Part shown: piece after piece, positions 29,083 through 38,439 of the stretch
Layout: each line of letters begins with the position of its first letter
How positions within the stretch are numbered: the first letter of the stretch is position 1
Notes under the pieces: model-generated
Told to the model about the DNA's origin: nothing
What the model saw: only the letters and a program-made list of their open reading frames with translations
Databases searched by the model: none
Position numbers and translations under genes: made by a program
NCBI GenBank assembly: GCA_963803575.1
Contig: CAWDMW010000002.1
Span: 799,509 to 863,508, forward strand
Length of the DNA: 64,000 bases
DNA from: an uncultured Alphaproteobacteria bacterium
GTDB taxonomy: Bacteria; Pseudomonadota; Alphaproteobacteria; Rickettsiales; UBA998
Direction: 5' to 3'

Positions 29083-31435
29083 AACGTTGTTCTTCCTTTA
29101 TATGTGGCATGGTGTAGGGTTGCTCAGGCTTCAGAGTTAATGCATCCTGATGATGATACACGGTGATAGGGCTGTCATGTGTAAGTGTGTACACAGTATT
29201 GTCATGTGAGATGGTGATGCGTAGTACGGCACCACGGAATTGCAGGTTAAATGAGTAGCTTGTCCAGCCTTCAGGGCAATAAGGTTTAAAATGCAGGGTG
29301 TTATCGTAGCATTCCATGCCTGAAAATCCCATCACAATACTCATCCATGAGCCAGCCATACATGCAGTATGCAGGCCATATTGCGTATTATGATGCAAAT
29401 TATCAATATCCATACGGACATTATCTTTAAAGAAATTATATGCCTGATCGTATTGTCCGGCGCGAGCAGATTCGACGCTGTAAATACAGGTAGATAAGGT
29501 AGAGTCATGCGTGGTGATCGGGGTGTAATAATCCAGATTTGCCTTGCGCACGTCATCGTCAAATTCATAACCCAGCAATGCCATGGCTAGCACCACGTCC
29601 GCTTGCTTTAATACCTGATAACGGTAAATAATCAGTGGATGATAATGCAGCAATAGAGGGTATTTGTCTTTTGGCATTTCCTCAAAGTTCCAGCGCGGCT
29701 TGGCGAGGAAGCCATCATCCTGAGGGTGAATGCCATGCGCTTCATCATAGGGCAGATACATGTTTTCTGCTGCCTGTTGCCAGCGCTCTAATTCTGTTTC
29801 CTCGAGGTTGATCTGCTTGGCGATACGCGTTGCTTCATCCGGATGCTCTTCCTGCAATTCACGGTAGCACCGTACCGCAGTACGCAAATGCATCCGCGCC
29901 ATCGCATTGGTGTAGAAGTTATTATCAACCATGGCGGAGTATTCGTCAGGGCCCGTCACTTCGTTTAAGCAAAACTGATTATCCCGCATAGCGGAGAAAT
30001 GCCCAAGCTCCGACCAGAAACGTGCAGTTTCTAACAGCATTTCTATACCATAGCGGCACATGAAGTCCCAGTCTTTCGTCGCATTGAAATATTGTCGGAT
30101 TGCGTAAGCGATGGCTGCGTTAATATGGTATTGTGCAGTACCGGCAGGGAAATAGGCGGAGCATTCTTCACCGCTAATTGTGCGCCATGCATATAACGCA
30201 CCGCTGCTATGAGACATTTGTAACGCTCTCTCACGCGCTGCATCCAGAGTATTATATCGGTATTCCAGAAGTTTACGTGCTAGTTCAGGAGCCGTATAAA
30301 CAAAGAAAGGAACAATATAAATCTCGGTATCCCAAAAATAATGTCCGTCATAGCCCGGCCCGGACAATCCCTTGGCTGCGATAGCACGCTTTCCATCACG
30401 CCCGCTAGACTGGAAGATGTGAAACAGATTGAAACGTATGCCCTGCTGCAAGGCCGCGTCTCCTTCAATAGATACATCGCCGTACTTCCAAAATGCATCC
30501 AGTTGCTCTTTTTGCGTGGAAACCAGTTGGTTAATGCCGCGCTGCTCTGCCCGTTCTAACGTGCCATACATAAGCTTAGTGATACTGGCTTCGTCTTTGC
30601 GCTGTCCATGATGGTAGCTCACATATTTAGTGAGAGAGATAGAGTGACCATCTTGTAGCTCGTTACCAAAGGATGCAATAAATGTGGTAGATTCGTCACA
30701 GGAACGATTTTCGATGAACGTACCATTTTTGCAACTATGCGTACAGGAAGAGCCAACAATAAAGCCGCTTCCTTCTACCTCATGCAGCGTGTGCATGGCA
30801 TGTTTGTTCATTTCCCAATCTAATTGACGCAGACTTTCTGAGGTATCAATATGCCCGGCGCGCGGATCAAAGTCATCTTTCGCATGGTGGCGCAAATGCC
30901 CTGTACCAAGCAATGACTCCAGCATAATGGTTCCGTCAAATCCAATAGGCGTTACTTCATATTCTAATGCCATCAAATGCTGATCTGCAAGCGACACAAT
31001 ACGACGGCTTTTCACACGTAATTTGCGATTCGCATCAATTTGCCACAGCGTGTTACGTTCCAAAATACCTGTACGAAAATCCAGATGGCGTACATGTTCC
31101 AGTGCCGCAAAATGAGATGGAATAAAGAGCTGATCGTCAATGAAAATGCGGATGGCTTTAGCATCCGGCACCTGCACCATCTTATTATTATGCGTGGCAA
31201 AACCATGGGCAGATTCTTCATAGAAGATCGGCACACGCATATACACACCGTTCAAATAGGTGCCTTCCTGTGATGAAGGATTATCGGTCAGGGATTCTTC
31301 CAGTGTGCCACGGGTTCCCATATATCCATTGGCAAGACTGAACAGTGTTTCTGCCAGTGTGAGGGTATTTGAATTTAGTTCCGTTTCTTCTAGTTTCCAC
31401 GGATGGATATCAAACAGATGGGGTTGTGACATCAT
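29075..31435 (-). CDS. glycoside hydrolase family 65 disaccharide phosphorylase (maltose/kojibiose/trehalose type)
   Basis: 786 aa. N-terminus WKLEETELN...ETLFSLANGYMGTRG, (alpha/alpha)6 core with the GPDEY catalytic-acid region (NEVTGPDEYSAMVDNNFYTN). Paired with beta-PGM. Confidence 0.85.
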   Translation of the reverse strand: MMSQPHLFDIHPWKLEETELNSNTLTLAETLFSLANGYMGTRGTLEESLTDNPSSQEGTYLNGVYMRVPIFYEESAHGFATHNNKMVQVPDAKAIRIFIDDQLFIPSHFAALEHVRHLDFRTGILERNTLWQIDANRKLRVKSRRIVSLADQHLMALEYEVTPIGFDGTIMLESLLGTGHLRHHAKDDFDPRAGHIDTSESLRQLDWEMNKHAMHTLHEVEGSGFIVGSSCTHSCKNGTFIENRSCDESTTFIASFGNELQDGHSISLTKYVSYHHGQRKDEASITKLMYGTLERAEQRGINQLVSTQKEQLDAFWKYGDVSIEGDAALQQGIRFNLFHIFQSSGRDGKRAIAAKGLSGPGYDGHYFWDTEIYIVPFFVYTAPELARKLLEYRYNTLDAARERALQMSHSSGALYAWRTISGEECSAYFPAGTAQYHINAAIAYAIRQYFNATKDWDFMCRYGIEMLLETARFWSELGHFSAMRDNQFCLNEVTGPDEYSAMVDNNFYTNAMARMHLRTAVRCYRELQEEHPDEATRIAKQINLEETELERWQQAAENMYLPYDEAHGIHPQDDGFLAKPRWNFEEMPKDKYPLLLHYHPLIIYRYQVLKQADVVLAMALLGYEFDDDVRKANLDYYTPITTHDSTLSTCIYSVESARAGQYDQAYNFFKDNVRMDIDNLHHNTQYGLHTACMAGSWMSIVMGFSGMECYDNTLHFKPYCPEGWTSYSFNLQFRGAVLRITISHDNTVYTLTHDSPITVYHHQDALTLKPEQPYTMPHIKEEQRYG

Positions 31436-31508
31436 TGACTCATATTGTGTTATTTAAGTTTTAGAGAATCATACTTCTTGCATATCGTAAACCATATGTT
31501 AGGTATAA

Positions 31509-32792
31509 ATGCCAGAATTAATAACAGAAAAACTACATATGCGACATAAAAGCCTAAAAGTAGGCCTGCTTCTGGCGTTTACTTACTTCATCTTCGCTAT
31601 TTTACTCAATAGCGTAGGCACTGTCATCCTTCAGGTAATCAACAATTACGACGTCCTCAAAACGGATGCCAGTCAGTTGGAAGCCTTTAAGGATTTACCT
31701 ATAGCGATTATTTCATTTCTGGCAGCATCTGCGTTGCCGCGCTTCGGCCTCAGGCGAGCCATGATGGTAGGGATGGCGATTATTGCACTCACCTGCGCTG
31801 TAACCCCTCTATTTCCAGCCTTCTGGATGACAAAGCTGATGTTTCTTTGCACTGGTGTGGCTTTTGCACTGGTGAAAGTATCTGTTTATGCCAGCATTGG
31901 CCTGATGACGAATGGCAGCCGCGAACATGCGGGAATGCTCAATATTATCGAAGGGCTATACATGGTTGGGGTGCTTGCGGGCTACTGGCTGTTTAGTGCG
32001 TTTATTGATGCGGATGATCCGAAATCTACGGAGTGGCTGGTCGTGTACTGGTATATTGCCGGGTTGTGCGTGATAAATATTCTCTTATGGCTTGTCACAC
32101 CGATGGATGAATCTGAGTTAGAGGTTAGTGAAGGCAAGAGTCGTATGGAAGAGTTTATTGATATGGTGCAGTTGGTGAAATTGCCTTTAGTTTATGTGTT
32201 TGTTATTTCAGTGTTCTTATATGTACTCGTGGAACAAGGCGTGGGTACATGGCTGCCAACATTTAACAATAAGATTTTGCAACTGCCTCCTGATATGAGT
32301 GTACAGGCAACCAGCATTTTTGCTGCTTGTCTGGCTGTAGGACGTCTAAGCGCAGGCATGATAATGCAACATGTCAATTGGTATGTCGTACTTAATGCCT
32401 GTTTGCTAATTATGGTCGGGTTGATTCTCATCACGATGCCTATGACAGAAAATATTAGTCATGACACGGATGTTACATGGTTAAATGTGTCTCCTGCTGC
32501 TTATGTGTTTCCACTTATCGGACTGTTTATGGCACCTATCTATCCCGCCATCAATTCCGTTATCTTAAGCACACTGCCCAAAAGGCAACATGCAAGTATG
32601 ACGGGATTGATCGTTATTTTCTCAGCACTGGGAGGCACAACAGGTTCCATTCTCATTGGTATAGCGTTTGATGCGCTGGATGGCCAGACTGCGTTTTACC
32701 TCTCCATTATCCCTATTTCTGGCGTCATGATTGCGTTGTTTGCCCTTAGAAAACTGGTGAATAAGCGCCGTGCAGTAAAAATTGTGGATTAA
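31509..32792 (+). CDS. MFS transporter (probable sugar importer)
   Basis: 427 aa with about 12 predicted TM helices. Divergent from the GH65/pgmB operon. Confidence 0.7.
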   Translation: MPELITEKLHMRHKSLKVGLLLAFTYFIFAILLNSVGTVILQVINNYDVLKTDASQLEAFKDLPIAIISFLAASALPRFGLRRAMMVGMAIIALTCAVTPLFPAFWMTKLMFLCTGVAFALVKVSVYASIGLMTNGSREHAGMLNIIEGLYMVGVLAGYWLFSAFIDADDPKSTEWLVVYWYIAGLCVINILLWLVTPMDESELEVSEGKSRMEEFIDMVQLVKLPLVYVFVISVFLYVLVEQGVGTWLPTFNNKILQLPPDMSVQATSIFAACLAVGRLSAGMIMQHVNWYVVLNACLLIMVGLILITMPMTENISHDTDVTWLNVSPAAYVFPLIGLFMAPIYPAINSVILSTLPKRQHASMTGLIVIFSALGGTTGSILIGIAFDALDGQTAFYLSIIPISGVMIALFALRKLVNKRRAVKIVD

Positions 32793-32868
32793 GCATGAGA
32801 CATTTTATGCTTGCATTTACGTAATGTTGTTTCTAGCTTCACGCTGATATTTAGACACAGGTTACACA

Positions 32869-34362
32869 ATGTACATAGCAATAAGTTTATTTTTTATCAC
32901 CGTCATGGCAACACTGCCTGCTTTTGCTGGAGCCGACCCCGTGGCTGCGTTTGAGCATGGTTTTGGTATTGTGGTTAGCGGGCTAAAGGACTTCTTGTTT
33001 TACCCTGTATTGGGCTTTCCTGCACTGGTGTTATGGTTAATTGCCGGAGGTGTTTATTTCTCGCTTATCACCAGATTAGTAAATGTCCGGCTGCTCAAAC
33101 ATGCGTTGGATGTTACCCGAGGCAAATATACGCGACCGGAAGATCAAGGGGAGATTACGCATTTTCAGGCGATGGCAACCTCTATTTCCGGTACAGTCGG
33201 ACTGGGCAACATTGCGGGCGTGTCTGTAGCCGTGGCGATTGGAGGGCCGGGCGCTGTAGTGTGGATGATGATTGCCGGCATATTTGGTATGGCAACAAAA
33301 TTTGCTGAAGCAACGCTTGGGCATAAATTTCGTGTGATCGAAGCAGACGGTACAGTGAAAGCCGGAGCATTTATCTATCTCAAAGAAGGGCTTGCACAGC
33401 AACATAAGAAAAGTCTTGGATATGGGTTATCTGTGGTATTTGCCATTTTCTGCTTAGGTGGTGCATTTGGTGCAGGTAACATGTTTCAGTCCAACCAGAC
33501 AGTGGTGATTCTAACAGACACATTTACTTCCCTGAATGGGTATGGCGAATTAATTGCACTATTGCTTGCGGTGTTTGTAGGGGTGGTGCTGCTTGGGGGA
33601 ATCACTCGTATTGCATCCGTTGCAGAAATGATTGTACCGCTAATGGCAGTCATCTATATTGGGGCTTGTGTTGTGGTACTGGTGGTTCATGCCGGAATGC
33701 TTGGGCAAGCTGTTAGCACGATGTTTACGGAAGCATTCAGTGGCAATGCCCTAACGGGTGGTGTGCTTGGAGCCATTATTGTTGGGTTTCAGCGTTCTGC
33801 GTTTTCTAATGAAGCAGGGATTGGTTCTGCTTCTATTGTCCATCCCACAGCTAAAAACAATGAGCCAGTGCGCGCAGGATGTACCGCATTGCTGGAAACG
33901 TTTGTCGATACGATGGTGATATGTTTTCTGACCGGACTGGTTGTTACCGTCACCGGGGAATATCAGGATACCAGTAAAGAAGGGATTGCGCTTGCCAGTG
34001 CATCCTTTGCAACCGTGATTGACTGGTTTCCGATTGTCTTATCCGTATGTGTGTTTTTCTTCGCTTTTTCTACGATGATTACGTGGAGCTATTATGGCGG
34101 TCAGGCATGGACATTCCTGTTTAAAGGCAAGGGAATTCGACTATATCAGTTGCTCTTTTGCGTGATGGTGTTCTTTGGCGGTGCGTCTGACAAGCTTGGC
34201 ATGATTCTGGATTTCTCGGATTTGCTGCTGCTGTCTATGGCTATTCCTAACCTGATTGGGATGTACTTAATGTCTGGCATAGTCAGAGCTGAGGTATCTT
34301 CTTACGTAGCACGCATGAAAGCTGGCACCTTTCATGCGAATGATGATACCGTGGCGGCATAA
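32869..34362 (+). CDS. alanine/glycine:cation symporter (AGCS family)
   Basis: GEITHFQAMATSISGTVGLGNIAGVSVAVAIGGPGAVVWMMIAGIFGMATKFAEATLG is the AGCS signature region. Confidence 0.85.
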   Translation: MYIAISLFFITVMATLPAFAGADPVAAFEHGFGIVVSGLKDFLFYPVLGFPALVLWLIAGGVYFSLITRLVNVRLLKHALDVTRGKYTRPEDQGEITHFQAMATSISGTVGLGNIAGVSVAVAIGGPGAVVWMMIAGIFGMATKFAEATLGHKFRVIEADGTVKAGAFIYLKEGLAQQHKKSLGYGLSVVFAIFCLGGAFGAGNMFQSNQTVVILTDTFTSLNGYGELIALLLAVFVGVVLLGGITRIASVAEMIVPLMAVIYIGACVVVLVVHAGMLGQAVSTMFTEAFSGNALTGGVLGAIIVGFQRSAFSNEAGIGSASIVHPTAKNNEPVRAGCTALLETFVDTMVICFLTGLVVTVTGEYQDTSKEGIALASASFATVIDWFPIVLSVCVFFFAFSTMITWSYYGGQAWTFLFKGKGIRLYQLLFCVMVFFGGASDKLGMILDFSDLLLLSMAIPNLIGMYLMSGIVRAEVSSYVARMKAGTFHANDDTVAA

Positions 34363-34437
34363 GCAGTATTACCAAGTTCTCTAACAAAGAATGGTTTACA
34401 AATAAGCCAGCATTCTATATCACCATAGTCCTGATAT

Positions 34438-34514
34438 GCGCCCGTAGCTCAACTGGATAGAGCATCTGACTTCTAATCTGAAGGTTGCAGGTTCGAGTCC
34501 TGCCGGGCGCACCA
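34438..34514 (+). tRNA. tRNA-Arg (anticodon UCU)
   Basis: gcgcccgtagctcaactggatagagcatctgacttctaatctgaaggttgcaggttcgagtcctgccgggcgcacca folds by hand. Acceptor gcgcccg/cgggcgc, D arm gctc/gagc, anticodon loop cttctaa (TCT), T arm gcagg-ttcgagt-cctgc, encoded CCA. There is one T-T mismatch in the anticodon stem. Confidence 0.9.
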
Positions 34515-34907
34515 CTTTATTAGACGTGTATTAGGTGTTTAGTCCCGGATTGTGTTGTTCGTATTATATGTTGCAAACACTGCTAAGGCAGTGCTTCGCA
34601 GGTTTATCACCTTTCATTGCCGAAGCAAACGGCTAATGCCATGCCGTTACAAACCGCACCCACCCGTGGGGTGCTGTCACTATCAATGCTTCATCCCATA
34701 GATGTATGAAGCTGGCGATGCAAGGATGAACGTGTCAGGGGAGGAATGCTGCTTTGCAGAGCATACAGACAGTCATCAAGCGGGTAATAACGTGTGCTTA
34801 CCTAAAATATCAGGTAGCTAGGGTGTTGACACTAACATTAGAGCATAATTGTCAATACGTTTAATGCAATGGGTATGATGATTTGAGCAAACAGAGATTA
34901 ATTGAGG

Positions 34908-34959
34908 TTGCGCCTCATTTAACATATCTCTATAATGCCGCGTAAATGCAACGCATTAT
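34908..34959 (+). promoter_or_regulatory. candidate sigma70 promoter plus nested inverted repeats upstream of phaR
   Basis: TTGCGC-N17-TATAAT (34908-34936). It overlaps ATAATGC(34932-38)...GCATTAT(34953-59) and the inner AATGC-AAC-GCATT (34945-57). A possible autoregulatory operator. Confidence 0.35.
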
Positions 34960-34992
34960 CATTCTCAAGCTTTCCAACAGGAACTCCGACCC

Positions 34993-35490
34993 ATGACAGA
35001 TCATCCCACCGTCATTATTAAAAAATACTCTAACCGCCGACTGTATAATACGCAGACTAGCAGCTATATTACGCTGGATGATGTACGGCACATGGTACGC
35101 AAGGATATAGATTTTGAAGTGCGTGATGCCAAAACCAGCGAGGATTTAACCCGCCAGATACTCACACAGATTATCTTTGAGCAGGAACTTAATGGCACGC
35201 AGAGCATCTTGCCTGTGAATTTTCTCAAGCGTATGGTGGCGATGTATGACAATAATATGCGTGATGTCTTCCCGCATTATCTGGATGGCACCATGGAAAC
35301 GTTCCTCGCTAATCAGGAAAAAATCCGCGAGCAATTCACCTCGCTATGGGAGCCATATGCCTATAAGCCTGTAGAGCAACTGGAAGCGATGCAACGTAAG
35401 AATATGGAACTGGTACGCACCACGATGCAAATGTTTAATCCGTTCATGGCAGCAAAAAGCCGTGAGGATGATGGCGGAAGCGGCCACTAA
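34993..35490 (+). CDS. phaR: polyhydroxyalkanoate synthesis repressor PhaR
   Basis: IKKYSNRRLYNTQTSSYITLDDVRHMVRKDIDFEVRDAKTSEDLTRQILTQIIFEQE is the canonical PhaR N-terminal DNA-binding domain. Confidence 0.9.
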   Translation: MTDHPTVIIKKYSNRRLYNTQTSSYITLDDVRHMVRKDIDFEVRDAKTSEDLTRQILTQIIFEQELNGTQSILPVNFLKRMVAMYDNNMRDVFPHYLDGTMETFLANQEKIREQFTSLWEPYAYKPVEQLEAMQRKNMELVRTTMQMFNPFMAAKSREDDGGSGH

Positions 35491-35645
35491 AATTGATGCA
35501 AATATACAATATTAAAACGCAGTTTGCATTTTAGGCTATTAAATGTTAAAATAGTAACGTTACTTTAGTTATGCTTTACAAGCACCCATATATATTTGCT
35601 TTAAAGCATACCTCGATGTAGCAATTGTTCTTTACCGAGATTATT

Positions 35646-35903
35646 ATGTTTGGATGGTTTGGCGGTAGCTCTAGTTCTGATTCTGGCGAACTTGCGGATG
35701 ATTATGATGAAGATGCAACTAATCTTCAAAACAACACTGTTGGCCAAGGCGGCACCAGTGCTGAGTTAACGCAAGATGCGCTGACTGCTGGTGCTGAAGC
35801 ACGAGAAAGTTATGACGAAGCATATTTGAAAGCCTATGAAGAGACTGGAGACGTAGACGCGGCAACTAAAGCTGCTTCTGAGTCTGAATCCAGTTCTAAG
35901 TAG
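35646..35903 (+). CDS. small acidic, low-complexity hypothetical protein (85 aa)
   Basis: MFGWFGGSSSSDSGELADDYDEDA... followed by a strong terminator. No motif recognised. Confidence 0.45.
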   Translation: MFGWFGGSSSSDSGELADDYDEDATNLQNNTVGQGGTSAELTQDALTAGAEARESYDEAYLKAYEETGDVDAATKAASESESSSK

Positions 35904-35915
35904 GTTTCTCTCTAT

Positions 35916-35951
35916 CCCCATAAAAACTACTGGTTTTATGGGGATTTTTTT
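35916..35951 (+). terminator. rho-independent terminator
   Basis: 10-bp stem ccccataaaa / ttttatgggg with an 8-nt loop, followed by a T7 run (35945-35951). It overlaps the 3' end of the convergent trmB. Confidence 0.75.
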
Positions 35952-36628
35952 ATGCACTGTATAAACGTTACTGATGTATCTGCCTTCTGTTGATAGCGTG
36001 TTTCGCACCAGTCATTTGGAGGTGTTTGCCAGTCTGCTGGCTTAGTGGCTGTCCATTCAAAGTGCGGACTTAGAGTAATGTGTTCCAGCATCCATGCGGC
36101 GTAGTCTGCATGATCGGTTGCCAGCCATAAAGTAGCGTTGTCTTTCATAACGCCAGATAGCATAGTGAGGGTATGCTGGTTAATAATGCGGCGCTTATGA
36201 TGAGACGTTTTTGGCCATGGGTCGGGAAAGAGTATATCGCATCTATCTATGCTCGTGGGCGGTAGGTGGGGTATTAGCTCTCTGACATCTGCGGTATGCA
36301 GGCGGATATTCGATATATCATACGCATCTATATCAGCGAGGCACCGCGCGACCCCATTGCGAAATGGCTCGGCACCAATGCATAGCCAGTCAGGGTAGGT
36401 GCGAGCAATATGCACCAGATGCTCCCCAGCACCAAACCCTATCTCCAGATAGATTATTTTGCCAGCAATCAATGTTTCCAGCGTGTCATCCAGAGGAGCA
36501 GAGCATTGTGGCAGTAATGTATCCATCAGCTGTTGGTGGTATTGGCCAAGTTTACGCCCTTTTACCCGCCCGTAAGACCTGAGCGTTGTCTTATCCGTTT
36601 GTGCGTTTTGTGCTTTCTTTTTCTCCAT
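35936..36628 (-). CDS. trmB: tRNA (guanine46-N7)-methyltransferase
   Basis: LEIGFGAGEHLVHIARTYPDW...FPDPWPKTSHHKRR are TrmB motifs. I moved the start to M46 (36628) so it does not overlap the divergent fabG. Confidence 0.85.
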   Translation of the reverse strand: MEKKKAQNAQTDKTTLRSYGRVKGRKLGQYHQQLMDTLLPQCSAPLDDTLETLIAGKIIYLEIGFGAGEHLVHIARTYPDWLCIGAEPFRNGVARCLADIDAYDISNIRLHTADVRELIPHLPPTSIDRCDILFPDPWPKTSHHKRRIINQHTLTMLSGVMKDNATLWLATDHADYAAWMLEHITLSPHFEWTATKPADWQTPPNDWCETRYQQKADTSVTFIQCIKKSP

Positions 36629-36650
36629 ATGCCCGTTACATAAAGGAACT

Positions 36651-37388
36651 ATGATAAATTTAGAAGGAAAAACCGCGTTGGTGACTGGCGCGACTGGCGG
36701 AATTGGGCAGGCGATTGTTGCAACGTTACTGGCTGCTGGTGCAAAGGTTGCCATCTCTGGCACGCGTCAGGAAAAGTTGGAGGTGTTTGCTGCGTCACTG
36801 GATAAGCTTGTTACTGTGCTGCCATGCCGTCTGGATGATAGCGCTTCAGTTGCTGAACTTATCCCGTCAGCGGAGAGTCAGTTAGGGCAATTGGATATAC
36901 TGGTCAATAATGCAGGCATTACTCGTGATGGTTTAGCGATGCGTATGAAAGATGAGGATTGGCAAACCGTGCTGGATGTAAATCTAACGGCTTCGTTCAA
37001 ACTGTGCCGCGCGGCCATTAAGGGTATGATGAAACGTCGTTATGGCCGCATTATCAACATTACATCGGTCGTCGGGGTAATGGGAAACCCGGGACAGGCG
37101 AATTATTGTGCATCGAAAGCTGGCGTGATTGGTATGAGTAAATCACTGGCAGCAGAAGTGGCTGCGCGTGGTATTACGGTCAATTGCATTGCACCGGGTT
37201 TCATTAAAACACCAATGACAGATGCTCTCGATGAGAAGCAAACAGACCGTATCACCGCTAACATTCCCGCTGGCCGCTTTGGTTTGCCCGGCGACATTGC
37301 TGCCAGTACAGCCTTCCTGGCAAGTGATAGCGCAGCTTACATAACAGGGCAGACATTGCATGTGAATGGCGGCTTATTGATGGTGTAA
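36651..37388 (+). CDS. fabG: 3-oxoacyl-[ACP] reductase
   Basis: SDR motifs TGATGGIG, NNAG and YCASKAG. 245 aa. Confidence 0.85.
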   Translation: MINLEGKTALVTGATGGIGQAIVATLLAAGAKVAISGTRQEKLEVFAASLDKLVTVLPCRLDDSASVAELIPSAESQLGQLDILVNNAGITRDGLAMRMKDEDWQTVLDVNLTASFKLCRAAIKGMMKRRYGRIINITSVVGVMGNPGQANYCASKAGVIGMSKSLAAEVAARGITVNCIAPGFIKTPMTDALDEKQTDRITANIPAGRFGLPGDIAASTAFLASDSAAYITGQTLHVNGGLLMV

Positions 37389-38015
37389 ATGCAGCAACTT
37401 CAGCAATTGCGCTGTGCCAGTCCGCTGCGTATCGGGTTGCTGGGTGGCTCATTTAATCCGGCGCATCATGGGCATAGACATATTTCACATTATGCGATGA
37501 GGTGTGCAAAGCTGGACTATGTTATCTGGCTTGTCAGCCCCGCCAACCCGCATAAAGACCCAGCCACACTTGCACCGTTCCATAAGCGCCTAAATTATGC
37601 GCTTTACATCACGCAGCAGGATAAGCGTATTATTGTTAGTGATATAGAGCAACAAGCGCAATTGCACTATACTGCCCATACGTTACGCTACATACGCGCA
37701 CATTATGGTCATCATCATTTTAGCTGGTTGATGGGGTCTGACAATCTGGTTTCGTTTCATCGTTGGCAAAAAGCCAATCATATGATGTATACCATGCCTG
37801 TCATTATATTGGATCGCGCACCATGTACGCATACAGCGTTGCGGTCACGTATGGCGTTGCGTTACAGCCAGTATCGTGATGCGTCTGGCGCCCAAAGCCT
37901 TCCATGCTGGAGATTGTTATTTATTCCGCGTCACGGGGAAAGTGCAACGAATCTGAGAAAAACATTTGGTGAAAAGGCATTTTTGTGCGACAATAAGGAT
38001 AAGGCAACGACATAG
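37389..38015 (+). CDS. nadD: nicotinate-nucleotide adenylyltransferase
   Basis: GLLGGSFNPAHHGH (the HxGH nucleotidyltransferase motif), in the nadD-rsfS gene order. Confidence 0.8.
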   Translation: MQQLQQLRCASPLRIGLLGGSFNPAHHGHRHISHYAMRCAKLDYVIWLVSPANPHKDPATLAPFHKRLNYALYITQQDKRIIVSDIEQQAQLHYTAHTLRYIRAHYGHHHFSWLMGSDNLVSFHRWQKANHMMYTMPVIILDRAPCTHTALRSRMALRYSQYRDASGAQSLPCWRLLFIPRHGESATNLRKTFGEKAFLCDNKDKATT

Positions 38016-38406
38016 AGGAGAATGCCCTATCACTACCTCACTCTGGAATGGTGATGTACACACATTAAAAGATGTGATCGTAGCATCATTGGATGATGAT
38101 AAAGCAACCGATATTGCCGTTGTAGATCTTCAGGGGAAAGCCAGCCTGGCAGATATGATGATTGTTGCTGACGGGCGCTCAACCCGGCACGTTGGCTCGA
38201 TGGCAGAGAAACTTTCAAAAACGCTGAAAGCATTTGGTGCGGATTACGTGCAGATGGAAGGGCTTGAAGCCTGTGACTGGGCATTAATTGACGCAGGAGA
38301 TATTGTGGTTCATTTGTTTAAGCCCGGTATACGTGAGTTGTATAATTTAGAGAAAATGTGGACGATTGCCCTACCAGCATCTATGTCGGATCACGCGACT
38401 GTCTAA
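37966..38406 (+). CDS. rsfS: ribosome silencing factor RsfS (start uncertain)
   Basis: LKDVIVASLDDDKATDIAVVDLQGKASLADMMIVADGRSTRHV...DWALIDAGDIVVHLF...LYNLEKMW aligns with RsfS/iojap. The annotated ATG overlaps nadD by 50 nt, so the true start may be further downstream. Confidence 0.75.
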   Translation: MVKRHFCATIRIRQRHRGECPITTSLWNGDVHTLKDVIVASLDDDKATDIAVVDLQGKASLADMMIVADGRSTRHVGSMAEKLSKTLKAFGADYVQMEGLEACDWALIDAGDIVVHLFKPGIRELYNLEKMWTIALPASMSDHATV

Positions 38407-38439
38407 AATTACTAAGTTATCTTTATAGGGCATGTTCCA

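Noticed and set aside
34640-34705. 21-codon Cys-rich mini-ORF (MPCRYKPHPPVGCCHYQCFIP)
   Set aside because: It has no Shine-Dalgarno sequence and no supporting context, so it is most likely chance.
34730-34765. SRP (4.5S) RNA-like motif gtcaggggaggaatgctgc
   Set aside because: It only superficially resembles the conserved CAGG...GGAAGGAAGCAGC domain IV sequence. The key GGAA/AGCAGC residues are not conserved and I could not build a matching closing helix.
34515-34990. Two-piece (permuted) alphaproteobacterial tmRNA
   Set aside because: There is no T-arm-like GGTTCGAnTCC...CCA segment apart from the tRNA-Arg itself, and no ANDN-type tag reading frame (only gca aac ggc taa).
36629-36763. N-terminal extension of trmB, and similar long ORF-track starts (polA 43295, prmC 14425, fbpC 57641, fbpA 60275, OMF 27719, REC-c 7869, HK3 7327, VirB2-like 38880)
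   Set aside because: The extensions overlap neighbouring genes or divergent promoters and add non-homologous residues. Internal starts that abut the upstream stop, or that precede the conserved N-terminus or signal peptide, fit better.
37816-37823. gcgcacca match to the tRNA-Arg 3' end as a possible distal att repeat
   Set aside because: The match is only 8 nt, inside the nadD coding sequence, and is expected by chance. The genes in between are core housekeeping.
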